The notes under the pieces are model-generated. The model was given only the letters and a program-made list of their open reading frames with translations, had not been told where the DNA came from and did no database searches. From Cirrosporium novae-zelandiae (taxonomy: Eukaryota), in assembly GCA_026023565.1 (NCBI GenBank), contig JAPETS010000037.1, forward strand, positions 248,001 through 277,410: a stretch of DNA of 29,410 bases, written 5' to 3'. Shown here piece by piece: positions 11,026 through 23,251 of this stretch (positions are counted from its first letter, which is position 1; every line of letters begins with the position of its first letter). Both the position numbers and the translations under genes were made by a program.

Positions 11026-12632
11026 CGAAGACCTTGAGATTAGGAGACAGTATTATCTTTGCCAATGAGCAAATATAAAGACAGAATAAGAACGGATGGA
11101 GATGTCGAAATGAGTGGAACCCGATTTCGGAAAGAACATAGGAAGGTAGGAACGACGTGGATGATGATCTAGCCGACCTCTCTAGCAGTCAATATGAGCA
11201 AGAGTATGTACTGCAGGCAATTTTTATTCAATAGGGTGCATTGACATTCCTATTGCTCTTAGAACTAGTCGAGACAGCTTAGGCGTAGAATTGGAGATGA
11301 TTCATGATATGCAGGGAAGAGACAAGCAAAAGTACCATCTATGTAAGAGGGATATTTTGCATGAGCTGGTGCAAACAAGCCATAGACCAGAGATGGACTC
11401 GAGGATAGCGTAAATTGAAGTGAATAAAAGGCCTTGACTGAACAGAAACGCGAGGATGTGGGGGAGAAAACATGGAAGAATAGTGAATGGCTCAAAAATG
11501 ATGATACACTGAAATACTGAAATATTCATTTTGCAGCTTTCCGGTATACTATGCAATGTTACTCTCTCCATGGATACGGTACGACTCCTAGGTTAGCAGT
11601 GTTGAAGGATGAGCCAGATCTTCAAGTAAAGCGGGTTCCGGCATACTGGGCAGTTTGGAGAGATTTTGAACAACCAATAGTAAGGTAGAATGACCTCTGC
11701 TATGTCTCTGGGATATCATCTAGTTAACATGAGAGAGCATGCACTAGAGCTCTCCAACACCACATTTTTCTTCTTTCGGAATCCATTGACCATCGTCTAC
11801 CGCTTGTTGGGATGTCGGCATAGAATACTTTGCATAATAAGGTCTATATACCAGGTTGAAAGATAAATGACGAATAGATGGGAGAATGCCGGGAATGGTA
11901 GTCGGGAAATAGTCCTAGTCCAGCCGGAATATTGAGACTAATGTCCACCTTTAGATACTTATGTTAATCATAACCACTTTTTTCTTCCTCTAGATCATAG
12001 GAGAAAGCAAGAGCTTTGGATTTCATCCCACCGTGTCTTATTGTCTTGGGTCTAAGAATCTCGTTGGCTACCAGCCTCCCGTAAGACATTTATGCCGCTC
12101 TTGCCTTGCCTTGTCTCGGGTACCAGGTCCATGACTCTCGTTCATCCAACATTCCATGGTAGGGGGTCCATGACGTTTAATTTATAAATCATCATGTCTT
12201 ACATGCCAACGACGGCTTACACAACAAGAAGTGTAGTGTAGCAAGAAGAGTAGAGCATTTCAATTTCAGAATGATATATACCTCCCAAGACGCCTGGACC
12301 ATTCCGACAGTCCGGCCAACTCATTTGCCATTACCATTGCCATCATCATCGACATTACTACCAATATCCTTTATCCGATTCGCATTGCAAGAGTCCTCGA
12401 AAGACGTCCTCGACTTTCAATATGCGCCAAATAATAAATCAAGCCAACAGCAACCGCTTAAAAACACCCATTCGCTCAATCATTCAAATATGTCCAAGAC
12501 TCAGCCGATTCATTCCTTGCATAGACCCATCAAACTTGCACGCTGCAGTTCCTTCATGATATATCGTCACAGCCCACTATAAAAACGTAGCGTCCTTATC
12601 GGGGAATTCAACATTCGACCGCCACCCACCAT

Positions 12633-15600
12633 CTATGTATAACTCCTCATTGCATCTAGATATCCAGTCCCGCCCCTGAAATCATGATCGAAGGATTCCG
12701 CAACATCTAATACACGCTTGATGTGCTGCATGGAAAGCGGCTCCTTCTCATTAATCGCCAGGGCTTGTGCAGTACGGACCGAGTTTTTAATCTGTCCCGA
12801 ATGTCAGTTTACAACAATATTTGATAAAGGGATGGATAACCATACCTGTCTGCCGTTTAGATTATGCCGAGCCAAATCATTAATGTCACTATCCGTGAAC
12901 TTGACCACCTCAACACCCTCAACGGCCTTCACTTTTTCCAAGAACATGATCCACACGCTCTTCTTGGCTTTAGTGCTCAGCTCGCCGTATTTAAGAGCAA
13001 TATGAATACGAGACTGGAAGGCATCGTCGAAAGTTTCAACGCGGTTGGTAGTGAGGAAAAGGATTCCTTGGAAGTATTCTAAGAGACGGAGGAAGATAGA
13101 GACAAGAGCATTGCGGTGAATGTCCTGGATAGTACGCTTTTCTAAGAAAACATCTGCTTCGTCCAGCAACAGTACTGCACCCCAAGAATGTGCAATATCC
13201 AAAATCTTGGTCAATTCGGACTCCAAGGTCCGTGAATCCGTACCAAGTTCCCCAGCACTGACCATATAGAGGGGTCGCTTGAGGAGCTCCGCGATACCTT
13301 CAGCAGTAAGTGTCTTGCCAGTGCCCGGTGGACCATGAAGTACAGCCACCAAGCCCTTACCTTTACCTTGGATAACGTCATCAATGTTCTCCGCCGCATG
13401 GAAAGTATGCGACTCAACCAGTGCTTTCACAATTGACTTCTGGTTGCCGGGAAGGACTAATGAACTGAAGGCTTCCTCATTCCACTCAATATCGTGGACC
13501 CCTGAGACGGTAAATTCAAGCCAGAGTTTTTCGCCAAATGAGAATCCTAATACGACAGGGCTGGCAATGAGAAGTTCTTCCTCCGTGAAAGTGTCTGCCT
13601 TAGTATCCTTCTCCGAGTCAGGTTCAATCTTCTCGATATCTTCACATTTGATTTCGTTGCCGTTCTCGTCGAATTCAACCTCGATGATGTGGGCGTTTCC
13701 TTTTTTGTCTCGGATCATCTTCCACGCCCTTTTGACCCTCTCTTTCTCGTCTAAGTTCTGATCCGCTTGATTTTCTTCATCTGAGTCACCTCCACCACAG
13801 CAACAATCTCCCTCCTCGTCATCGTCCTCGGGCATAATGAGATCTGGATCTTTTGGCTTAACATTGCTTATTGGGTAATTTGGATTGATGCGACGATGGA
13901 TGGCAGGATCAAGCATGATTCTTCCATTGATATTGACTTTGACAACGGCTCTTCTCTTCTTGAAGAATGCCATGCCTTTATGGAACCGATAGTTCATGCC
14001 TTTTAGAGAGACAAACTTCTTACCTCGCTCGATCAGCTGAGCTCTTAATTTTTCTTCCTCCTTGTGGTACTTCAAGGGGTAGCAGGCAAGACTGGTGATC
14101 CGTCTGGGGCCTTTGAAGGATTCCACATCAACTTCTATTGTACCCATTCCAAAGTTCTTTCCATCAAATTCCAGATAGCGTCCTTCAATGCAATACCAGG
14201 ATCCTTTGATAAACGAAGTCTCCTTGGTGACGTATTCAATCTTAAATGCTCGAGGCTCATCGGCGTTACCGTATGTGTCAGTGTAAACAATGTCATTGGG
14301 TTTGTAGAGCGCCCATAAGAGATCAAAGGTGATTGTGCCTGACTTAAACAGGGGACCTAGCGTCTTTTTGGTTTTTGCATAGTCCTTGTCAACATACTTT
14401 ACCAGAATCTTAAGATGAGCAGCCTTGGTTTTGGCAAGCTTTTTCGCCTTCTTCTTTTTCTCTGTCACGGCGAGCTTCTCCAATTCCTTCTGGTATTCTC
14501 GAAGTTCTTCAATAAAAAGGAATAGATCATTCGGATTCAGCTCTGGAGTGTCTTCGACAAGACTTACACCCTTTACAGCTCCAAGGACATGGTTCATTGC
14601 TTCCTTGAGAGGCTTGCTCTTAATATCCACAACCGTCTCCTTGTATTTATTATCCCAGTCAAATTTGCGCCGTACGTTGAAGATGTACTGGGAGAATTTA
14701 TCGGTCTCCTCGGCATTGTCAGCGGTTTCAGCAAGCTTGAAATCGTGTATTGAAGTATCGTATACTAAGTGAACAATTGTTAGTCCAAAACAAAATCAGT
14801 CAATATTCACGAGCCAAGCGAGCCAGTGTAATGCGATTTGCCTGTTTTTCGAATATGCCGTAGACCAAAACAGATTTGTCCTAGTCTCGAATCTTGTTGC
14901 GACGTAGATGAACTCAAAGTCTTCTGACTACCTCGGTACATCTTTGTAATTTGGCATGGCATGGCTTGTCGTAAATACTAGAACCAGTAGATTGAAATTG
15001 ACTTACATTCGTCGACCCTCTTATAGGCCACTTTAGATGCTCGTTTGGCTTTCTTTTCTTTCTTCCCTCCTTTTTCTTTCTTGTCAGCTAAATCCTTGCC
15101 AGTCTTTTTGATAGCTTTTCCAAGACTACCCTTGCGCCCACCTGATGCTGTAATTAACTGGGTTAGAAGCTCCTTCATTGCGTCGACGTCCCCACCGGCG
15201 TCCTCATTGTCTTCTGCATCTTCATCGTCGTCCTTGTCGTCCTTCTTAGATTTCGACTTTGACTTTCGCCGCTTTACTTTGTCATCATCCGACTCATCGT
15301 CGCTGCTGTCTGAAGACTCGTCACTGTCTTCATCAGACTCCTCTTTCCGCGACTTGAGCTTCTTCTTCTTCTTCTTGTCTTTAGGTTTCTTGGAGCGAGC
15401 TTTGGACTTTCGCTTTCGCCTCTTCTTCTCCGGCTCTGACTCGGAGCTGGAGGAGGATTCCTCCTCGGTGTCTTCGTCTTCACTTGAGCTAGAACTAGAG
15501 CTAGAACTAGAACTCGAAGAATGTTCGCTATCACTGTCCGACCCTTCCTCGGCGCGCTTCTTTTTCTTGAGGGACTTTTTGGCCTTCTTAGACTGGGTAT

Positions 15601-15961
15601 TGGAATGCTTCTTGCAGTCAGGCTTCTTCACAACCTCTGTACCATTTGTAGATACCTCGGGTTTTGATTCAGATTTGGCAGTGGTGGTATCGACAGAGGA
15701 AGGGATTACCTCGTCGCTAGTGGCGGGTGTCTTGTCCTGTTCAGCCTCCATCTTGTCATCAGTTTGGACCTTATCCTTGGAGGGAGAGGAGATTTGGGAG
15801 GTATCGGAGATTGGTTTGGAAGGATAAGATGAGGTCGGGGAGGTAAGACCTTCGCTGGATCTGTCAGGTTCTGGAGGCAAGCCCAATGAATTTATAGGTG
15901 AGAGAGTGGACGAAGATGACAAAGGAGGAAGACTATTGGTGTGATTAGATGGAGATGTCAT
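12633..15961 (-). CDS. Fungal AAA+ ATPase (single AAA module) with long Ser/acidic/Lys-rich disordered N-terminus, 3 exons
   Basis: Exons 15961-15007, 14764-12846 and 12791-12633 (IKNSVRTAQALA...GYLDAMRSYT*). Walker A GPPGTGKT, Walker B LLLDEAD, FLRLLEYFQGILFLTTNR, D-AFQSRIH and LNGRQIKN. The ITFDLLWALYKP and DDVIQGKGKGL segments are typical of this Pezizomycotina AAA family. Start codon could instead be the Met of MEAEQ. Confidence 0.92.
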
Positions 15962-16891
15962 GAGTCAAGACTAGCTAGAGCTATCTAGCTGAGTCAAAGT
16001 TGGGGCTGAGTTCTATGAGAGTGGTAAGGCTGTAGGGCGGGTAGAAAAGGCTCTTTATCGATGATGATAAGGAAGGAAAGAAAAAGTTGGAGAGAGATCT
16101 GGAAGCTCTAGAAGTTATAGAAATGGTGGGTTTGACAAAGAGTGAGGCCACGGGTGGACCAGGAACACAAAAACGATGAGAGATGTATTGGAGGCGTAAG
16201 TAGTAGCATAATCGAAAGCAAACAATCATGGCTCCTTTTATATGAGCTGGCCACCGCCTTCTAGTGATGAGGCTTGGGGTGTGAATTATGAATTGGAATT
16301 GGAGTCGATGAATGGCCAAGACTCAATGGTCGGTCAATGGAAGTTGGAATTGTGAATATCCGTATCAAGCAAGTATCAAGGCGTAGACTAAGGGCCTTTT
16401 TTTCCCAAGGGCTTTTCCCTTTTTCCAGGGCTCAAGGCTCAAGGCTCAGGCGGCAGGCTTCGCTTGGACGGGGGTTAATGGTTAATGTGAATGAAGGAAA
16501 GAATTACTATTGGAATAATTGAATTGGCACTGCAATTTTTGTGTCAAGGGTGAGTGAGGGTGAGTCAATAGTTCAAGGTTCAGTCAGTCAGTGGGTTAGT
16601 CTAGGTTTCCCCATTTTAGCGGGTGATGCCTGGTGCCGCCTGTTGGTCCGGCTAAACATTCAAGTGTAGCCACGATAGATACCCCCCCCCCAACAATATT
16701 AATATACATTATTATTTCGTGAACAGCCATCATCATCATTATAATCATCAACAGTCAAGTCATCATCATCCAAAAAATAAATAAAAAATATCCATGAAGG
16801 ATTCAAAATCAATCTCTCCATCTATTTTAATTACATTCTTCATTATTCACCCCGACACGGATCACACATAAAGTCTAATCTGAGACTGGTG

Positions 16892-16998
16892 GTGGTCAGT
16901 CAGTGGTCAGTGATCCAGAAAGGTCAGAGGGAGGTCAAAAGGGAGGTCAGAGGCCCCAGAGGTCCCAGAGGTCCCAGAGGTCAGAGGTTCAGCCTGGT
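16892..16998 (+). repeat. Degenerate tandem array of (C)AGAGGTC(C)-like units
   Basis: GGTCAG/GAGGTC(C)CA units repeated about 10 times, including CAGAGGTCC CAGAGGTCC CAGAGGTC. Confidence 0.7.
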
Positions 16999-17819
16999 CA
17001 TTTTTCCCCCTGGGGGGTGCCCTGGGGGTCCTGGTTCAAGTTTAACTACATTCATGTATCGGCTGGAAAAAGCGAACCAGGGAAACAAATTACACACAAC
17101 ACGTTACCAAGCCATCTACTCTCGACTTCTACAGTAGGTACAGTACAACTGTCACCATCAATCTGTTACAGCTGGTAGTAGTGAGTAGTTGTTGTCGTTA
17201 GTGATGGAGAGAAGTCGGAATTTTCTCGGTCCTCCCATCCTCTTCTAACCTATAAACTCCCATGTCCATCCTTCGTCAAAACAGACAGATAGACACGGTG
17301 AGAAAAATAAAAATAAAAATAAAACTTGTCAGCGCTGACTTCTCCCCTAGCGACCCAACTAATAATAATTAATATCCTTTAGCATATAGTCTACATACAT
17401 AGTCGCATGTGTTGGCCTTACCCGAAGCCTCGGGAAAAGGCTCCACACCCAAAGTCAGTTGGTCAACGTTTATCTTACTCCGCATACCTGTTCTTCTAGA
17501 CATAAATCCACCACCATGGTATCCATCATGGTTCGCTGCCTAACATAGCCACAGTTGAATTCTACGACACATTTCTACAGTGGAAATCTGCATCGCTGTC
17601 GGCTGTTCCGCACTGCTGGATGCAATTCCCGTCAATTACTATCATAGCCATCAACGAAGCTCTGAAAAGTCTGTATCCACAACCAATCAACTACAGGCGA
17701 GCATAACATGCTGTAACCGCCTCTTTGGACTGCATCTGCATCTGCATCTTTGCTCCAATCTGTAGCGGCATCCTTGCCGCCAGTTTCCCAGATCATATCG
17801 TGTCCAGCAGTCACTAATA

Positions 17820-18000
17820 TTATCACCGGTGTTGTCGCCACCTTTTTCACAAGCTTCTTAAATTTTACTGCGGATGGTATCAGTGGGGTACCTCCTACCA
17901 CCTAGTTCCTCCATCCTCTGTGAAACTAGGTTCCACTTTTCAGCTTCTTGTTTTCTCCCCAGCTCCTCCTTAACATGTGTCATGATATTCTTGCTTTTTT
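17820..18000 (-). pseudogene. Decayed fragment resembling a fungal Myb/SANT-like helical domain protein
   Basis: Minus strand reads KNIMTHVKEELGRKQEAEKWNLVSQRMEELGGRRYPTDTIRSK then I*. Removing one A in AGTAAAATTTAAG continues it as SKFKKL. The family resemblance is from memory, not from a search. Confidence 0.45.
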
Positions 18001-19128
18001 TGAATGCGTCCAAGACTAGACCCAGAGATGGGTTCGGATATACCCTCTTTTTTCAACGGTCGGGGGTTTTATGTTTTCCACGATCAAGTTCGTCAAGAAT
18101 CATATATTTTGTTGTATTTTCCTTCTTCTGTCAGTGTTCTGTGGAGATATCGACGACGTTGAGGGCGGACGAGGTCACATGGTGGCTCGAGCGTTATCGA
18201 CTCCCTCCAATTATTAACTTAAGCGCCTACTATGGGATTTTTATCATCATATATATTAATCTTTTATTTGTTGTATATCTGACGAATGAGATCCCTACTG
18301 TAGGTGCAGGTAGTTGGACCTTTGATCAATCCCTGCGTCTATACCTTTTATCTCCTCGAGGCCTTATGCCTTCCTTCACCAAGTTATCGGTATACCGTGG
18401 CCAGTATTCTTGGGACAAAATGATAGGATCCCCAAACGCTCATGATACGCTCAAGTATAGGAATATTCCAGCAAAAATACTGAGTTCTACCCTATGCTTG
18501 ATGCTTTGTTGGCAGAATCATCATTGATAATCCCGTTCAACACTATCTGTCTGTTGGTGAGTTTGTTGATATCTACTTGCCCCAAGCAGCAAACATTTCT
18601 TTACGAAGCACTCGCCTCTCGTACCTTGCTAGTTATTTTTCAAATAAGCCTGTGTTTGCATAGATTGGACAGCTCCCTTTGCCTTGCGCGGCTCTGCTTG
18701 TATTGGTCAATCTTTAGACGAAATATTTTCTGGTTGGTTGGAGAGGGAAACCTCAATATCTTGACCTCCGGTGGTCCATTCAACCGTCTGGCCCCCACTG
18801 CCGAATTTTTCATTGAATATACCAAGCATTGCTTGTTTTCAAAGAACGTCGTCGATATATCTCTCTCTAAATGTCTAAGTAGGCCTCTTTTTCGTGTTTG
18901 TTAAAGGGGAGACATCATTTTCGTTTGACCCGCTGACTGCTAACATTGCTGTGAACGCTTTTGTACGATTTTATCACCCTCCTTCCGTTTGCTTAGTTGC
19001 TTTAGGGATTCCATAATCTATAAGAATCGATCTCTTTTCCTTCTCATATCTCTGATCAGCCTTTCTCCTTTAACTGATCAAGAGAGCAGATTCATCTTAA
19101 CAAAATACCATCACGTCTATCAGAAAGG

Positions 19129-20244
19129 ATGACACCCATCTACTCATTTCCAGTCCGAAGTTCACGTCATCCTCGGCCCCCTCAACGCTCCTACAACTTC
19201 TATTACAACGACCAACCGCTAAAAAGCTTAACGCGCTCAACCATGACAAAATACCTACCCAACCTCGTCAACTCCCTCTCCGAGTCCCCTCTCCCAGACC
19301 TACGGCGCCTAAACCGCCATCGGATCATCTCAGAATGCCATATAGACTCGGGCACGTATTTCGAAACCCTCCGCCAACTCTTCCAAATCCTAAATCGCTA
19401 TGAAAAGAAACACACCACGACAAGACCGATCCAAAACCATCTCTCCCAAACCTGGACCCAGCAATACATGCGCAGCACATGGACTCACGGCCCCCCAACA
19501 CACCTCTTCCTAAAAAACTTCATCTGCCTCTGCGGTATCGCCGCCACCTTGGCTACCACCAGTACTAGCACTAGCACCCACACTCACACCAACCGTCTCA
19601 AAACCAGCCTCCACGACTTCCTCGCCAACCACATCAGCTCCCTCGCCCTCACTCTTGGCATGACATCCACCCTCCTAATTCTGGAAGCCCTCGCCACAAC
19701 AACAAGCCAAAACATCCAAAATCTGCTCGAGTCTCTCATCGAGGTTATTCCTTCCCAGGAACGAGATCTTCTTGAGAGAACCCGGGGAGAGATTCGTTTG
19801 CCGTTTATGGAGAGGCCGGGAAAGTGCGTCGTAAGGTGTATGGAGAAGATTTATGGACGAAAATATCGATGTCGACATGAGGCTGGGGGGGAGGCTTCAT
19901 GCCACCACCATCATCATGGGCAGCAGCAACAACATTTTTATATCGACAATGGACACCCAAGAATAACCCATAATAACCCCTTCCACAATAACCACAATCA
20001 CAACCACAATCGCCCTATCCGAACACTAGCCCATTACACCTCCAACACTAACTCCAACTACGACTACAGCCACCTACCACACTATCATCACCCACGCCAC
20101 CCCAGCTCAATCTCAATCCCATCCCCCTACCCCCACAACCACAACCCCGACTCCGACTCCGACTGGGTCTACTACGATTCCGATCCCGATCACGACTTCA
20201 ATCATCTCACTAGCAAAAAAACATACCTATCTCCAACTTGGTAG
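19129..20244 (+). CDS. Hypothetical protein (371 aa), predicted helical core with His/Asn/Pro/Asp-rich low-complexity C-terminus
   Basis: Uninterrupted ATG-TAG ORF of 1116 nt with C-rich third positions and a pyrimidine-rich leader; no family recognised. Confidence 0.65.
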   Translation: MTPIYSFPVRSSRHPRPPQRSYNFYYNDQPLKSLTRSTMTKYLPNLVNSLSESPLPDLRRLNRHRIISECHIDSGTYFETLRQLFQILNRYEKKHTTTRPIQNHLSQTWTQQYMRSTWTHGPPTHLFLKNFICLCGIAATLATTSTSTSTHTHTNRLKTSLHDFLANHISSLALTLGMTSTLLILEALATTTSQNIQNLLESLIEVIPSQERDLLERTRGEIRLPFMERPGKCVVRCMEKIYGRKYRCRHEAGGEASCHHHHHGQQQQHFYIDNGHPRITHNNPFHNNHNHNHNRPIRTLAHYTSNTNSNYDYSHLPHYHHPRHPSSISIPSPYPHNHNPDSDSDWVYYDSDPDHDFNHLTSKKTYLSPTW

Positions 20245-20584
20245 CGATGAATACCCTGTTGGATGGATGGATGGGGGGTGTAGGCATGAGCGTGGGTGGT
20301 GGTGGTAGTAGTGGTGGTGGTAAGGTAGTAAAGGTATGTATGTAAGGTAGGTAATTGGTATAGGGGAGGTTGGATTGGATTGGGTAGAACAAACGAACGG
20401 ACGGACGTATTGGATCCATCCAATTCTATTCGTTTCTTTTTTCCTATCGTGGTGCATACAGATTATATCACCACCCTGGCCCCCAAAAAGAAACACTACC
20501 ACTACCAACTTTTTTTTCTTATCAAGTAATGGAGTAATAGCTATCCAAATCTCCTACTTTTTCTTTCTTTCTTACATCCAGCTT

Positions 20585-21036
20585 AGAGAGAGAGAGAGAG
20601 AGAAAGAGAAAGAGAAAGGCTTTGGCAAAGAGGGGGGTTTACGAATATTCGATTTTGGTTTTTTTTTTATTTCTTTTCTATTTTTGTGGAAATGAGTCAG
20701 TGAGTGGGTGGGTTAGTTAGGGGTGGGGGGGGAGCGGTTTAACATCCCCTTTGTATGCGTTTATGCGTTTTGTCCGTTCGTTCGTAACATTTTTTATTTT
20801 TTTTGCCCTTGTTTGTTTGTTTGTTTGTTTGTTTTTCTGTTGCGTTGGTTGGTCGTTTTTTTTTTGGTTTATAGGGGGGTATGGGTAGAAATAGATTGAT
20901 TGCGATGGTTTAGTTCAGCTTATCTAATGAGATGATGAAATGATGAAATAAATTAATGATGACAATGACAATGGCATTGATTTGGTTATTTACAGTTGTG
21001 TAGATATGTGTATGTGTGTATGTGTGTATGTGTATA
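20585..21036. repeat. Microsatellite cluster: (AG)n, (TTTG)n, (TGTGTA)n and homopolymers
   Basis: (AG)n ~20585-20602, (TTTG)n ~20809-20833 and TGTGTA-type ~21007-21036, lying between two convergent genes. Confidence 0.8.
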
Positions 21037-21236
21037 GTAATTCATGATAAAAGAAAATCATATCTTATTTCATTCTACTTGTAATTCTTTGACTTCACTA
21101 ACCACATATCAACCCGATCCCCCCCGACCTTCCTCTCCTATTAAGTTATCAGAAGCTGGCTGGGCTACCAAGTAACCCAGTATCGCATGATATATACATA
21201 TAGGGATAGAGAACACCACACATCACATATAACCCT

Positions 21237-23251
21237 TCAAACCCCACTGACCCTACAATCCACAACGGCGGACCTCCCGCCCTTGACAACCTGCACAGCC
21301 TCCCCAAGAACATCCTTCAACTCACCGACCTCGCCGATCCTGCCAGGCCAAACCCACCCGCCACTTGCAGCAGTCGCAATGCCCGCATAATCCGGCGCCG
21401 GGTCATCCAAGCTAATGTTCAATTCTCGATTATTGACCTTGCTTCCCTCGCCGTCAGGGTGAACGAGCAATAGGCTGCGGCGCGGGGCATTCCACCCGTG
21501 GTTGTTGAGCACGATGGTGAGAGTGGGTAGGGAGTAGCGGGAGGAGATCCAGTGGACGGAGGAGGGCATGCTGAAGAGGAATGTGCCGTCGCCTACGATC
21601 TGACAGATGAATTTCGGGGTTGGGTTTTCGTTTCCGTTTGCGATTGACGGGGGGAGGGTGTCGGTAGCGAGTTTAATGCCTAGGGATGCCCCGCCAGACC
21701 AACCAAGGCCGCCGCCGCCACAGTTTAGCCAGCTTGATGGGTACGTTGGTTGGATTTGATTGGCTACGGCTAGGGTGTGCGTTACAGCTTCGATGACCCA
21801 AATTGTGTCTGGTGGGCAGAGCGTGCGGAGGTGGGCACAGAGTTGGGAGGTTGTGAAAGGATCCGTGGAGGAGGTGGGGAGGGTGCCTTGGGCGGCATAA
21901 GCGGCAAGACGAGCTTTGTGCGATTGGATGAGGGTGATTTTTCGGGAGGTATAAGGGTCCGAGGAGAGTGTTGAGAGATACGAGGGGGTTGTAGTGAGGT
22001 GGGAGGTTAATTGCGTGAAGGACGTGTGCGCGTCTGCCGTGTAGCGGGCGATGGCGGGGATATAGAAGGTTGGCATGAGCCGCTTGAGGGGGTCAATATC
22101 GATGTGGATGATTTTTGCTGAGGCGGAGGGCTTGCACTGTGTTGGAATCCAGGGCACGTCGCAGTCTACTACAAGGATGAAGTCTGCCGTGGGGATCGCG
22201 TCGTTGATACCGTAGCTAAGGCCGAGGCATCCAGGATGGTCAAAGGGGAAGCACATGTCCGAGCCACCGGTGTCTAGGACGCGGAGGCCAGGGATCGTGT
22301 CCGCTAGTTTGACGAGGGAAGAGACGGCGGATGGATTGCGACCCGAGTAGCCGGTAATGAGGAGAGGGGACTCTGCTGCCACGAGGTGTTTGCAGATGAG
22401 TTCAATGCCTTCTTGGGGGAGGGCGGCTGGGCCAACAGGGCTCCAGACCGTTTGATCAAGTTGGTAGGGTGTGAGATCTTCTTCCATGACCTCGCGCGCG
22501 CCACAGAGATAAACGGGGCCTTGAGGATCCGAGGTCGCAAATTGAAGGGCTCGATTGACCATCTGTTTGACATTTTTTCCCGACTTGATTTCACCCGCAT
22601 ACTTGCAGTACTGAGCGACAATTGCCTTTTGATCGGGGACGTCTTGGATCCAGTGGATGTATTCAGTCCTGCTCCCTCGCATCTCGCCTTCTAGGGTAAC
22701 AGGAGAAAGACCAGCAAAGATGAGAACAGGTGCTCGTCCTGTGCTAGCATTATGGATAGAACATCCTAGACCCTGGGTTCCCACGTCGACATGGACAATG
22801 ACACATTGCGGTTTACCTGTCAATCGGGCGTATCCATCGGCCATGGAACAAGCTACCATCTACAGAGGATCAGCATCCAGCTTTGATTGACAGCCAGCCA
22901 TTGGGCAAGATGGATTTCTGAAACCGACTTCGCTAGGACATGTCATTATCTTGGGGAATTGATCCTTCCTTTCCTTTTGGCCCTTAACCATTGCTTCAAT
23001 AATAGATGGATGGTCGGATCCTAGGTTGACGAAGCAGTGTGTCACACCAGCCTAGAGTGTGAATATACAATTAGTTAATTTATATGAAGGGCCCCCGGAC
23101 AAAAGAAAAAAACGACGACAAACCTCCCATAGAGCCTCGAAGAAGGCGAAAGATGCCGTATAGACCCTAGAGAGTAAACCATGTTAGTATGGTGTTGTTC
23201 CTCGTATTATCAAATTAATTGATTAATCAACTCCAATCAATGTACGTACAT
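21237..23251 (-). CDS. Thiamine-diphosphate-dependent enzyme (acetolactate synthase/benzoylformate decarboxylase-like superfamily, substrate unknown), 4 coding exons
   Basis: Exons 23251-23250 (AT), 23166-23124 (G+VYTASFAFFEALWE), 23051-22929 (AGVTHCFVNLGSDHP...CPSE) and 22859-21237. Catalytic Glu in CPSEMVA, MADGYARLTG, VHVDVGT, and the ThDP/Mg motif GDGTFLF...LNNHGW. Confidence 0.92.

Noticed and set aside
15045..15827. Plus-strand 260-aa ORF
   Set aside because: Antisense shadow of the low-complexity AAA ATPase exon 1.
18146..18858. 14-bp inverted repeat ATATCGACGACGTT as transposon TIRs
   Set aside because: Short, with no target-site duplication or transposase motif recognised.
1923..23251. 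Co-oriented minus-strand genes as a biosynthetic or functional cluster
   Set aside because: Functions are unrelated housekeeping roles; no backbone enzyme, transporter or cluster transcription factor.
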